55,939 nucleotides of DNA, taken from positions 1-55,939 of the forward strand of contig JAGRPD010000009.1 of assembly GCA_020439875.1 (NCBI GenBank), written 5' to 3'. Below the pieces are notes generated by a model. It made no database searches. It was not told where the DNA came from and saw only the letters and a program-made list of their open reading frames with translations. A program made the translations under genes and the position numbers. The DNA comes from Verrucomicrobiales bacterium. Lineage in GTDB: Bacteria > Verrucomicrobiota > Verrucomicrobiia > Verrucomicrobiales > Verrucomicrobiaceae. Position 1 is the stretch's first letter. Every line of letters starts with the position of its first letter. Of the stretch, positions 8,985 to 21,700 are shown piece after piece.

Positions 8985-9593
8985 TTACGCCAGCGAGCGC
9001 CGCTCCGGGGCTCGCTGCAGGAAAAAATGCCAATCTTCCACCTCGTGCGGATTGCGGATCAGCAGCGTCACCGGCACCTCACGCGGTGCAAACGGCTTGC
9101 GCAGAAGTTGCAGACCCGCCTCCTCGGGCAGCTTGTTGCCCTTGCGACTGTTCACCCGCCGATCTGCCAGCACACAATTCTCCCAACTGCTCACTCCTCC
9201 CCGAGAAATCGGCACCACATGATCGATGTTTCCTTCCTCGGGCCGCAGCTTCTTGCCCGTGTATTGGCAAACACCACCGTCCCGCTCCCAAATGGCTTTG
9301 GCACAAAATTTGGGTCGCCGCTTCGGCACCCGATCAAAGCGCGCGAGCACCAGCACCGTCGGCACCCGAATGCGTCCGTGAACCGTGCCGATCGAGCAAT
9401 CTTGCTCCCGCACCGGCAGCTCTTGCCAAGCCTCCCAGGTCACCGGCACCAAGCGCTGCTCCCCATCCATGTCCAGCGCAGTCGCATTGCCCGCAGCCAT
9501 CATGCCAAAAGCATCCATCGGTGTCTTCACATCAATGGCCTGCCAATGCCGATTCAGCACCAGCACGATCACCTTTTCCAAAACGTTACTCAT
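8985..9593 (-). CDS. HNH endonuclease family protein
   Basis: Track ORF trimmed to MSNVLEKVIVL (cat at 9591-9593), giving 202 aa. HNH core CQYTGKKL...NIDHVVPISRGG...WENCVLADRRVNSRKGN preceded by an uncharacterised N-terminal domain of about 100 aa. Confidence 0.85.
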   Translation of the reverse strand: MSNVLEKVIVLVLNRHWQAIDVKTPMDAFGMMAAGNATALDMDGEQRLVPVTWEAWQELPVREQDCSIGTVHGRIRVPTVLVLARFDRVPKRRPKFCAKAIWERDGGVCQYTGKKLRPEEGNIDHVVPISRGGVSSWENCVLADRRVNSRKGNKLPEEAGLQLLRKPFAPREVPVTLLIRNPHEVEDWHFFLQRAPERRSLA

Positions 9594-9763
9594 GGCGCGG
9601 GTCGTCGGTAGAGTCCTGTCCTGACCTGACCACCACGCACGAGAGCGCGACAGCAGCCACATCGTTACGGATCGCCATCATGCATGAATCCCGCAGCCTG
9701 CCAAGCCTTATATCGTCAAAAACATGACACAAACCCCCTCCTCCAATATTCGGCCTCGCCGGA

Positions 9764-12700
9764 CTACGGAGACCACGGCAGCGGCACCAGATGACTCGAT
9801 CCCTGGTGACTCTGCATGAAGCACGCGCGTCCCAGAGGCAGCAGGACATCCGTGGAGCGGTCCGTGAACGAGGCATCACCTTCGTCCACCCACATCGCCT
9901 CAGCCCCAGCGGCTTGATAGAAGAACAAACCGCGATATCCACTGGCCCCCTCAACCGCATCTCCCAACCAAAGCTTGATGCGATCCGCCAGAGACGCCTG
10001 ACTCGCCGCCACCATGTCATGCGCGGAATCCAGCGCCATCCTCTGCGGACTCTGATCCAGCGGATAGCCACCCCCACGCAACACCGCCGAACCCAGGCGC
10101 AAACGGAATGCATGCTCCCGCACCTCACCCGTCCAAACCAACGTGGCCGCCCTCTGCCGAAGATGCAGCAGCAGTCCCTCATCCGTCAGCAGCCTCACCG
10201 GCAACGACTCTCCCTCAGGCCCAATCCATTTCCCATCCGACACACGCAACCAGTAGCTGACAAAAGCCCTGGTCGTTTCATTGTAGAACAGTGCTCCGTC
10301 CGCTGCGGTCGAATCCGCACCCGCCGACAAGGCCGATGCAGGCAGCAAGCTGGCCAACGTCCAGTGAGGTCGAATCGCGATGGATGCACCCGCCAGCCCA
10401 TCCATTCCACCGTTGGTTGTGCCTCCAACGTCGTTCAAATCCACCTTCAGGGTGTCACCCGAACATTGAGCTTCATCAAGCTCCCAACGATGTCCCACCG
10501 CCGATCCGGATGTCACCTCGATATAACAGGGACCTAACGCCAGTGCATCCCGCAGCGCGTCACCTCCTCCATGGGAAAGAATCAACGAATCCGAAGCCGC
10601 CGAGAGCACCACACCTGAATAAAGACTCGGACGCAACAGAGGCATCGTCAGAGTGCTCTGGCCCACGCCAAAGCGCCGCCGCATCCATCCTTGAACCCGA
10701 GAGACCGCTGTCGCTTCCGCAAGGCCATCGCCATCCCGATCCAGTTGAACCCGAAGCCGAATGAACCCGTGGTCACTCGCAAAGACCGAGTCAATCCCCT
10801 CATATCGCCGCATCTCCGATCCATCCGCAGTCACACTCACCGTCGGCGACAAAGGCAACGCCGACCAACCCGCCGGAGAGTCCGCAAGATCCGCAAGCAT
10901 TTCAACCTGCCACCGAACATCCTGACGACCCGCCACAGGACGACGCAGCACAGCAGTCACCGATCCCGTTGCATCATCGCTCTCCAAGCTCAGCGCCGGT
11001 TGCGTCAAACCGCTGAGAGGATTGAGATCCAAGGCATACTCCAGCAAATTGGATAGCCCATCGTGGTCCGCATCATCATCAGGCAAAGTGTCATCTCCCA
11101 GATCATAACGTTGCAGCCACAAGGCATACGTCGCCGGAGCGGCCGGAGTAAGCGGGATGTTATTGAGCGCCACCACCGGCTGACCGCTCACCCACATCAC
11201 ACGCACATACCACGGATTGGCCACTGCCGAGGCATCTTCCATCACAGAGCCGTTCTCCGCGTTTAGGCCCGAGCCCACCCGCACAATTTCTCCATCACCA
11301 CTCGGGACAAAGGCCTCCGACAGCGGAGCACGGCTCGGATCCAAAACGTAACCCTCTGGAGGTGTGATCGTCAGCACGTACTCGCCATCTTCATTCGCAG
11401 AGAAGCAGTAGCTGCCAGACTGACCATCCAACAACAGCGTCACTTCTCCAGGACCCTCAATGGCCACGTGACCACCAGGAATGATGGCACCCGTCAAGGT
11501 GTCATAAAACCAACCTGTCGGAGTGAAACACTGCAAGAAGTCCACCCCAGAAACAGCCTGCCCGGTCATGGTCACACAGGTGCATTGGCAGTCTCCTCCA
11601 TCGCTATCAAAGGTGGCCTCCGCACCGGCGGCCAAGGTCTGCACCACGAGATAACTTCCCGGCTCCACCGCCTCAAACTCATAACTCCCATCGCTGGCCG
11701 TCGTGGTCGTCGCAATCGGATCGGCATCGGCTTGATCCATCATCCCGTCAGAATCCGCGTCCACAAAAAGCTCGATCATCATTCCCTCCAGAGGAGGATC
11801 GTTGGAGGCAGGATCGCCATCACCATTCACGTCATTGCTCACCTCTCCCAAAAGCGGTGCCGCAGCAGGAGGCGTCAGCACAAAACCCAGGTCAATGGTG
11901 AGATCGGCATTTGCATCATCGTCATCATCGGAATCCGCTGCAAATCCCGTTTCACTGCCGCCTGACGCGCTCGAGACAGGCTCCGAATCGTAGGCCAAAT
12001 CAAAGGTGATGGAATAAATCCCGGTCGTCGCGGGGTCGCTGGCGTCAAAACCATCTTCTCCGGCATCGTCATCGCTGCCGTCATCATTGCCAAAGCCCAA
12101 GGACGAACTTGCGCCTTCCAAGGGCGCACCAGTTTGGAACACGGAGGCCGGAACGTGAAGGAAGTACTGCCCCGCCGAATGGGTCGTCAGAGTGTAGGTC
12201 CCGTCAGCACCCGTCAACGTCTCCGCCCTCGGCGGATCGTTCACCGGATCATCACCCGTCGCAAACAAACGAACCAGCACTCCACTCACCCCGGAATCTC
12301 CCGCGCTCGGATCAAAGACACCATCGGCATCCAGGTCCAGGAACACCAGATTTCCCACGGAAAGCGGCCGAGGCGCAAAACCCAAATCCACGGTGAGATC
12401 CACATTCGAATCCTCCCCATCATCCGAGCTAGCATCCGTGCCGGTTTCGGTATCCGCCGCCGTGGGCATCGAACCCGCAGCCAGAGTGAACGATGCCGAA
12501 GTCACGCCATCCACGAGAGGATTCCCGCCATCCACACCATCTTCCCCGACATCATCATCTCCCAAGGTGCCCGGGGGGACAACACCACCGCCAGTCGATG
12601 ATACATACTGGTAAAGCGGTGCATAGAGATCGAACTGTGATGCTGGGATATGTATCACATAACTTCCAGAGCTGGTGCTGAAGGAATAGAGCCCATCCGC

Positions 12701-15700
12701 ATCTGTGTAGGTTTCCGTCACTGGAACACCCGGTGCGTTAGCGTCATGCAACTGAACCAAAACATTCGGCACCCCCGTTTCCGTACCAGCCTCAAAGATG
12801 CCGTTGTTGTTGGAATCAAAGAACACCAAATTTCCGACACCCACCGGCGAGGAAAATCCAAAGTCGATGGTGAGATCCACGCTGGCATCATTGGCGTCAT
12901 CCGACGTACCGAAGAGTCCACCTTCCGCAGCACCCGTGGGAGCACTGCCCGCCGCGAGATAGAAGATGGAAGACGTCACGCCAAACCATTCCGGTTGCGC
13001 CTGATCGACTCCATCTTCATTGACATCGTCATCGCCCACTCCGTTCCCCGTCAAATTCACTTTGCCCTCCAACACGGCATTGGGCGCAAAGTTCGCCATG
13101 GGCAGGTGCACTTGATAGGACCCCGGCGTGAGACCGCTGAACTCGTACACTCCATCACTGTTGGTCGAAGTCGTGGCCATCGGTGAGTCCCACCCGGGGA
13201 TCGAGTAGCCATCGTAAAGTTCGACGGTGACATTCGCCACGCCCTCTCCCGCATCGGCCACCCCATCACCGTCCGCATCAAGGAACACCAAATTCCCCAC
13301 CGCCACCGTTTGATGGAATCCAAAGTCCACGGTGAGATCAACGTTCGAATCCGCAAAAGCGTCCATCGCCGGTGCCTTTCCAAATTCGCTATCGAAATCG
13401 GTCGGCTCCGTTCCGAGCGCGAGATGAATCACATCGGAAGCAATTCCGCTCGAAGAAGGAACGGCCGCATCCACGCCATTCTCATCCAGTCCGTCGTCAC
13501 TGCCAGTATCTCCTCCCGATCCCGGCAAAGAAAACCAACCTGACAGCGGACCGCCTGCTTGGAAATTCACGGGAGGCAAGAAAACAAAATAATCTCCCTC
13601 GCCGAGCCCATAGATGAGGTAGCAGCCTGAGGAATCCGTGAGCACATGGGTGATGGGATTCCCCTGAGAGTTGACGCCAAAGGCGATGGGAGGATCCACC
13701 AACGGATCATCTCCGGAATGAAAGACCTGCACCATCACGTTCGCGATGCCTTCACCTGGATCATACACCCCATCCCCGTCCGCGTCACCATACACCAGGT
13801 TCCCAACACCCGTCTGGTTCGCCGCAGGTGCCACGAATCCCAGATCAATGGTCAAGTCATGATTGTCGTCGTCCACCGCATCCAGCGTGTTCGCCGAACC
13901 CGTCTCGATGCCTGAATCCACCGGCTCAGTGTCGGCGTTCAACGCAACCGTGAGCGTCGTGACTCCGTTTATCTCTGGATTGGTTTCCGGTTGAGCATTT
14001 TGTCCCACATCGTCATCCCCTGGAGTCGATTCCAAAGGCAGCGGCAGGGCTCCAAAGAGCGGTTGGCCCGTGCCAAACTCTTGGGGAGGAATGTGAACCT
14101 TGTAAGTTCCTGTTGGCAAGAAATTGAAGAAGAAGTGGCCTTGAGCATCTGTGAACTGGGTAAAAAGAGGCAAGCTGTTGGTCGGATCCTGCAATCCTCC
14201 ATACAATTCCACCCGCACTCCCTCGACACCTTCACCCGCATCGGCATGGCCATTTCCATTCTGATCAGTGAAGACCAGGTTCCCGATGCCGACCGGGCTT
14301 TGGAAACCAAAGTCGATGGTGAGATCCACACTGGCATCATTGGCATTATCCAGGGTACCGAAAAGGCCCGTCTCTCCCGTGTCATCCGTCGGCGCGATCC
14401 CCGGATACAAGGCCACCAAACCAGAGCTAACACCCGTAGTTGTTGGGTCTGCGGTATTGAGGCCATTTTCTCCCACGTCATCATCACCTTCCACGCCCTC
14501 CTGGATGCTCACCTTCTGATGCAGTGGCGCTCCCGATGCAAACATCGTTGCAGGGATATGAAAGAAGTAAGTGCCCGGAATGAGATTGCCAAAGAAGTAT
14601 CGACCCCCGCCCGTCGTGACTCGAGTTTCCAACGGCGAATCGACGCCTGGAACCTGACCAAAACTGTAGGCCTCCACAACGACTCCATCCACGCCTTCTC
14701 CTACATCGGCATGTCCGTTCTCGTTGAGATCCATGAAGACCAAATCTCCCCCTCCCACCGGACGATAGAGACCAAAGTCCACAGTGAGATCCACATTGGA
14801 ATCCGATGCATCATCAGAGCTGGCATCATATCCCGTCTCGTAGCTGCTCTGCGTGGGCGCGTTGCCGCTGGAAAGAGTAACGATCCGACTGCTGATGCCC
14901 GTCAGGTTGGGTTCGCTGGCATCGACCCCATCATCACCCACCGCCGCATCATCGTCACCCGCTCCCAGGCCGGGCAAACTTACTTTTCCTTGAAGCGATC
15001 CACTTGCAAACTCGGCGGCGGGCAGATGCAGGAAGTAGTCTCCCGCCCACAAGCCACCAAAGAAGAAGCCTCCACTAGCGTCAGTGACGCGGGTTGCCAA
15101 AGGCGGATCACTGCCAGGAATCGCCCCGGCGTGATACAATTCCACGGTCACACCATCTTCACCCTCACCCGCATCCGCCTTCTGATTGCCATTGGCATCG
15201 GTGTAAACGAGGTTTCCGATCCCCAACGTTCCGGGTTCGACAAACCCAAAATCCACCGTCATATCGCCATCCGCATCCGTCACGAAATCATCGAGATCTC
15301 CGCCGAGGTGATTTTCCGCGCCCGCAAGAGCGTCCCCCATTGGCTCGGTTCCGACCGAGAGTTGGATCATTGGGCTTACCACCTCCGTGAAGGGACCCCC
15401 AAGCTGCAGACCATTGTCGTCGCCATCTTGTCCATTGTCCGACGGATCGGTGACGGGCGAGCTGGAGCCATTGACGCCGAGAGGCATGCCTGACACGAAG
15501 TTAGATGCCGGGATCTTCAACTGGTAAGCCCCGGATTCCTGTCCCGAGAAATAGAAGTGACCATTGGCATCGGTGAAGGTCCAACCCAGCTGCAACTCGG
15601 CACCATTGCCAGGCAAGCCGTCGGCGTCTTTCCACAACTCCACGCGGACACCAGGGATGCCTGGCTCGCCTACGTCTTGAATGCCATCCGCATCCACATC

Positions 15701-18700
15701 CTGCCAGACCGTGCTTCCCAAGGCCGTGTGAGGCAGGCAGGGAATCGTTGCCGAGCCAAACATGAACTGTCTCACCCCAGGCCAAACCTCATTGTTCGGA
15801 CCCGGCGGTGTGGGAATCGGCAGCTCGATGAATTGCACCACGCCACTCTGGGTGACGCGAATCAGCGAACTGCTGAGGAAACTCCCACCTTGGATCGGCT
15901 TGCCCCAATCGTATCCCGCGATGTATAGATGTCCTGTCGTGGGATCCACCTCCAGATCTCCCGTCAGCACTTGACCGGAGCTCGCACCATCCAAATCAGC
16001 GACCAAGACAGGCGCACCAGGAATGCTGGGATCGGTTAGATCGATTTTGAAAACCTCTGCTTCACTGCGATTGTTACCGAACAGTGTGGATCCATGGATA
16101 TCAATCCCACTGACCAAGGCAATGCCACCTCCTCCCGGAACGAGCTGTACCAAGTCAGCATCATCAGCGATCACGTTGATCATCGACTTCGTCGTGGTGG
16201 ACCAACGCTGAATCTCACGCATGCCACTCTGATCCACCACCAAATAGAGATTGCCGTCTGGACCAAAATTCAAATCTTTGACTCCGTTCACCGTCGCCCA
16301 CACAGGCTCCACAGGCTGTCCGCTCTGCGCATGCAGCGGACCATAGAACCGAACAATCTTTCCTCCCACCGGATCATTGGCATAAATCATGCCCTCGGGA
16401 CCGAAGACAAAATCGTCCACCGCAGTCAATGCACCCGCCTGCAGAATCGGACCCAAATCGACACCCGCAGGCGAGACGCGGCGGATATTCCCCGAACCAA
16501 AATGAGCGACGTACCAATTTCCATCTGGCCCTAATTCAATGGAGTGCGGCACATCGCCTGAATCCCCATTGCCTTGGCTATGGCCGACTCCGAAGGGGTG
16601 CAAAAAGGGCCCGCAATAGCTACCAGACGCCTGATCGGCAATGTAAACGCCATCATCATAAGTCGCTGAAACAAACGCACGCACCGCGACAGGCTGGAGC
16701 CCGAAGTCAATGGTGCCTTCCAAAGATGTGCCTCCACCCGTGCCCGGCTCTCCTCCGGGAGTGAGAAGAACCACCGGACTGTAGATCGACCCCGCAGCAA
16801 GTTGATGGCCATTGTCATCGAAGTCCACCCCATCGTCGTTCATCGATGTGATCGAACTCGACAACGGATGAGAGGTCGGTGGCACCGGAATGCGCACGTA
16901 AACCAGTCCAGGCGGGTTATGCTCCGAGAGATAAGAGCCATCCGCCGCACTCGTCACCGAATCCAGCAGAACGTCATCGATCCCGCCGATGACGCCGTCC
17001 GAGCCCACGCTCCAGACTTCCAACGTCACATTGGCCACTCCGGGCTCACCCGCATCATCGAGCCCGTTGTCATTGACATCGGACCACACACGATTGCCAA
17101 GGCTCAGTCCCGCCGTCAGCGCCAGGTCCAAAGTGAGATCCGTATCCGCATCTCCGTCCTCCGTCACGGGCTCACCGCCGGGTGCCAGCGTGAAGACTGC
17201 GCTATAGACGGGATTGGACTTCCCGCCAGGCTGCGTTAGAGCGTTGTTATCATTGTCCACGCCGTTGTCCGCTGCAGCCACCGGATTTCCACCGAGCAAC
17301 GGATGCGAAGCGGGAGGAACGGCTTTCAAATAAAACACCCCGGCAGGCTGGTCTGCTAACAACCACGAGCCATCGGGCGCAGTTGTCGTTGCCGAGACCA
17401 AGCTGTCAGCATCGGCCCCCGACCCACCGATGGCAGCATCAGCGCCCGCGTTCCATAGCTCAACCGCCACCGAGCCAATGCCCGCCTCACCCGCATCTCG
17501 CACGCCATCGTTGTCGATGTCGTCCCACACCAGATTTCCCACATGCACGCCGCGGATCTGAAGACTGGTGGCCAGCGTCCCCGTGCAGCCGTATGAATCC
17601 GTGGTGCGAACCGTGAAATTGTAGGAGCCCACGGCGCTGGCCATGCCACTAATCTGCCCAGCAGCACTCAGACTCATGCCTGGCGGCAACGCGCCCGAGA
17701 TCAGCGTGTAGGTGTAAGGTGCCCCAAAGGTGCCACTGGAGCGAGTGGTGCTCAGCTGGTTGGAATAGGCGACGCCCAAGTAACCCATCGGTTGGGGATC
17801 AGGACTCAGCGTGAGGGTCGGGCAGGTGGGTGTCACCGTATAAGTGCGCTCACCAAAACAACCATTCGCGTCCGTGACCCGCACGGTGAAGGTCGCGCTG
17901 GCGGTCGAATTCGGCACTCCTGTAATGCGGCCCGTCGAGGTATTCAAAGCGGCCCAACTCGGCAGCGCGCCACTGGTAATGCTCCAGGTGTAGGGACTGG
18001 CCGAGGTCCCGGCACGAGACAACAAGCGATTGTAGCTGGTCCCCAAAACAGGCGTCGGCAACGCGGCCGGACCCACCGTGATCACGGGACAAATCAGCAG
18101 ACTGTAGTTTCGCGTCGCCGCGCAGCCATTGGCATCCTCGACCGCCACGTCCACAGGGAAGATCCCGGCCGCGCTCGGCGTGCCTTCCAGTTTCAAGGTC
18201 GCCCCATTCAGCGCCAGTCCACTCGGCAATCCCGAAGCAGCCCAATTCTGATACGGCACTGCACCTCCCGATGCCGAGAAGGCGGTTCCCTGAACATAAG
18301 CATCTCCCATTTTTCCGGAAGGCAACGCAGCAGGAAGCACGGTGATGACCGGACAGCCCACTCCGATCGTATAACTCTGCGCTCCAACACAGCCCACGGC
18401 ATCCGTGGCCTCAACGGTGAAGCTAACACTCGCACTCGCCGTCGCTGGCGTTCCTGAAAGTTGCCCCGTAGCCGCATCAATGCTCAACCAGGCAGGCGCA
18501 CCTGCCGCCAAGCTGTAGCTGTAGGGGGCCTGACCTGAAGCCGCCGTGGCCACAGTTCCTGGCAGACTCTCATAGGGCTGACCCACCTCGGCATTGGGCA
18601 TGGACGCGGGGAAGGTCAACACGGGACAGACGCGCCACGACCCATTCCAACTCCCGGCACAGCCAGGATAAGACACCGACTGAGCCGTCACGGTGAAAGG

Positions 18701-21700
18701 ATAGAGTCCCGGTGCCGAAGCCGAGTCAGCGGTAACACTTCCCGTCGAGGCATCCAACGTGATCGAGGCTGGCAAACCCGATTGACTCCATGTGAACGTC
18801 CCCGGAAGACCGCTGGCTGAAAAAGGAACCACTTGGGTATAGGCGGTGCCCGCAGTGCTCATCAATAGCTGTCCTGGCGTCACCGCAATCGCGGGACAAT
18901 TCACCACTGCGATATAGTCCTCCACCTCTCCTCGATTGAAATCGATCCCGACTGGCGAAAGCGCCACCGGCCCTTCCACCACACGCACTCGGAGCGGTTT
19001 GTTCCCCGCCGCCGTGCCAGATGGCGGCGTCAAAGTGAAGCTCAAGACACCCGTCGCCGTCAGTGACTGCGGCACCAAAAACTCGCCCACATCCACCACG
19101 TCACCGTCATCATTCCAGTCCACCCACATCCCGACCCGCGCCTCAACGACTCCACTTCCCAGCGTCACAGGAACGTTGATGATCGAGCTCGAACCCGCAG
19201 TTAGAACCGGAATCACCAAATCTTCGTCATCCACTCCCACCGTGTCATCACCCGTCGCCGTTGCATTGGCTCCCGCGCCATTTTCCAAATCCGTCGCCGC
19301 CGTTCCCATGAACAAATCCGCACTGGCCACCTGCGCGGCGGACCCCCAACCCGAGTAGTCTCCATAATCCAACTCTGCCCCCGTGATCGCCACCACGTAA
19401 TCCTCAATCTCACCCGCGCCACTTCCCCCAGTCGGTCCCGTGCCTGCGAGCGTGGTCAAACGGAAACGCGCCCCACGTCCGCCACCGAGCGCTGCTCCCG
19501 ACGGCACCTGAAAAGTGATGAAGACCTGCCCATCAGTCCCATCAGGGATCACCCGAGCAGGCTCCAACCGCTCCCCACCTGACGTCACCAAGGCATTGTT
19601 GAAGGATCCGTCCCCGTCAAAATCAATCCACGAATGAAGGTAGGTGTTGGCTCCTCGATTGTTGAAAACTTGCACCGAAATGGTCACCCACGCGGCTTGG
19701 GCGATGCTCACGGGCATCGTCACTCCGTCTTCGTCATCACTACCATCCGCATCATCAGCTGATGCGTCAGCGTTTCCATGAATCACAGCTTCATAGTCCA
19801 CCGTGGCACCCAAGCGCACATTGACGTTGCGCACGCTATAAGTTAGATCGGAACTCGCTCCCGCTGCTCCCCAATCTCCATAGTCGCGGTTCGGCGCGGT
19901 GATGTTCAACCGGTGATCTTCCACCTCGCCGATTTCAGCTGCGGCAAACGCATTGCCTACACCCGGATCGGCGGAGGCACTCAGCCGCGCACGGATCGGC
20001 AGGAAACCGCTGGCCACCGTCTCCGGCACCGGCGAGAGGTTCAGCACGGTGTTGGTCGCCACCGTGCCGTTCGCCACCAAGATGTTCGCACCAATCTGCT
20101 CGCCCGCCGTCAAGATATCATCGCGATTCCAGTCCGCCCACACATTCAAAAAGGCATCCGATCCACTGGTGTTGGTGACATTGACGTTGACCACGCCGTT
20201 TTGATTGGCTCGAAGCGTCCCCTGCGTGATGCCGTTTTCGTCATCCGTCCCTGTGGTGTCATCGGCAGTGGATACGCTGTTGCCCAGCAAGGCCGCTTCC
20301 ATGTCCGTCGCCGTCGTGCCGATCTGCAAAGCGCTACCAGCAATCGCGATGGCCGTTGGGAACCCCGCGTAGTCTCCGTAGTCCACGTCGGAAACCGGCG
20401 TCAGAGTGTAGGTTAGCTCTTCGGAACAACCGTTGGCGTCGGTTGCTCGCACCGTGAAGCTGGTCCCGGCAACCGCCGTCGGTATGCCGCTCAAAACTCC
20501 CGCCGCACTCAGAGATAGACCCGTTGGCAGACTGCCGCTGGCCAAACTCCAACTCACCGGTGCAGCTCCCCCACTCACCGTCAGGTTTTCACTGTAGCCA
20601 CGCTGCCAAACTGGCGTCGCCAGAACCGCTGGACTGATATTCATCACGGGACAGACTCTCAGATTGTAACCGCGAGATCCCACACAACCATTAACATCCT
20701 GCGCGCTCACCGTCAGCGCGTAGATACCAGCGGCAGTCGGAGTTCCCTCAAGGGTTTGGGTCGCCCCGTCGAGACTCAAACCGCTTGGCGCACCAATCAC
20801 CGACCAACCGCTGTAGGGAGCCGTGCCTCCCGATGCAGAAAAGGCCACTCCTTGATTGTAAGCTTGCCCCACCTTTCCATCCGGCAGGGAGGGTGGATCA
20901 ATATTGATCGGCGGACAGCCAACCCCAATTGTGTAAACCCGCGATCCGACGCAGCCGTTGCTGTCCGTCGCACTCAACGTAAAGGTCACACTGCCGTCCA
21001 CCGTGGGCGTTCCACTGATGACGCCGGTTCCCGCATTGACATTCAGTCCAACCGGCAGAGCCCCTACACTCACGGCATAACTGTAGGGCGCATTTCCTCC
21101 ACTGGCCGTGATCGTGGTGTTATAAGCCGAACCCACCGTCGCGCCAGGCAGTGATGCCGGTGCCAGGGCGATGCCGGGGCACTGCACCGTGATGGGATAA
21201 TCCTCCACTTCACCCCGACTCGTTTGCGTCCCACTGAAAGCCGGTGCCGCAGATCCTTCCGTCAACCGCACCCTGAGATACTTCACTCCAGGAGCGGTGC
21301 TCAAAGGAGGCGTCATCAGAAAGCTGTAGGAACCCGAGGCGTTCACCGCCACCGCAGTCAGGGATTCTGCCGCATCCGCCACATCACCGTCACCGTTCCA
21401 ATCCACGAACACCCCGAGCCGCGCCGTATTGTTGACGAGCACTGCTGGGTTTAAGGTCACAGGAATGGAAAGCGCCGTGCCGATCCCCGGCGTCACCACC
21501 GGCATGGTTAGATCTTCATCGTCTGTCCCCGCTAAGTCGTCCGCCTCTGCACCCGCAGTCGATGGATCCGATGCCTCCGCGTCGGTCGCTGCAGCGCCCA
21601 TCCAGATGTCCGCACTGACCGCCTGCGATGCTGAGCTGCTGGCACTGAAAAAATGATCTCCAAAATCCAAAGACGGCGGAGCCGATCCGATCACCACCGT

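Noticed and set aside
13991-15493. 500-aa + strand ORF, and many 60-250-aa ORFs, inside the giant genes (9764-39627)
   Set aside because: All are antisense or off-frame to uninterrupted 2-18-kb reading frames with coherent domain repeats. Their translations are Arg/His/Pro-rich junk.
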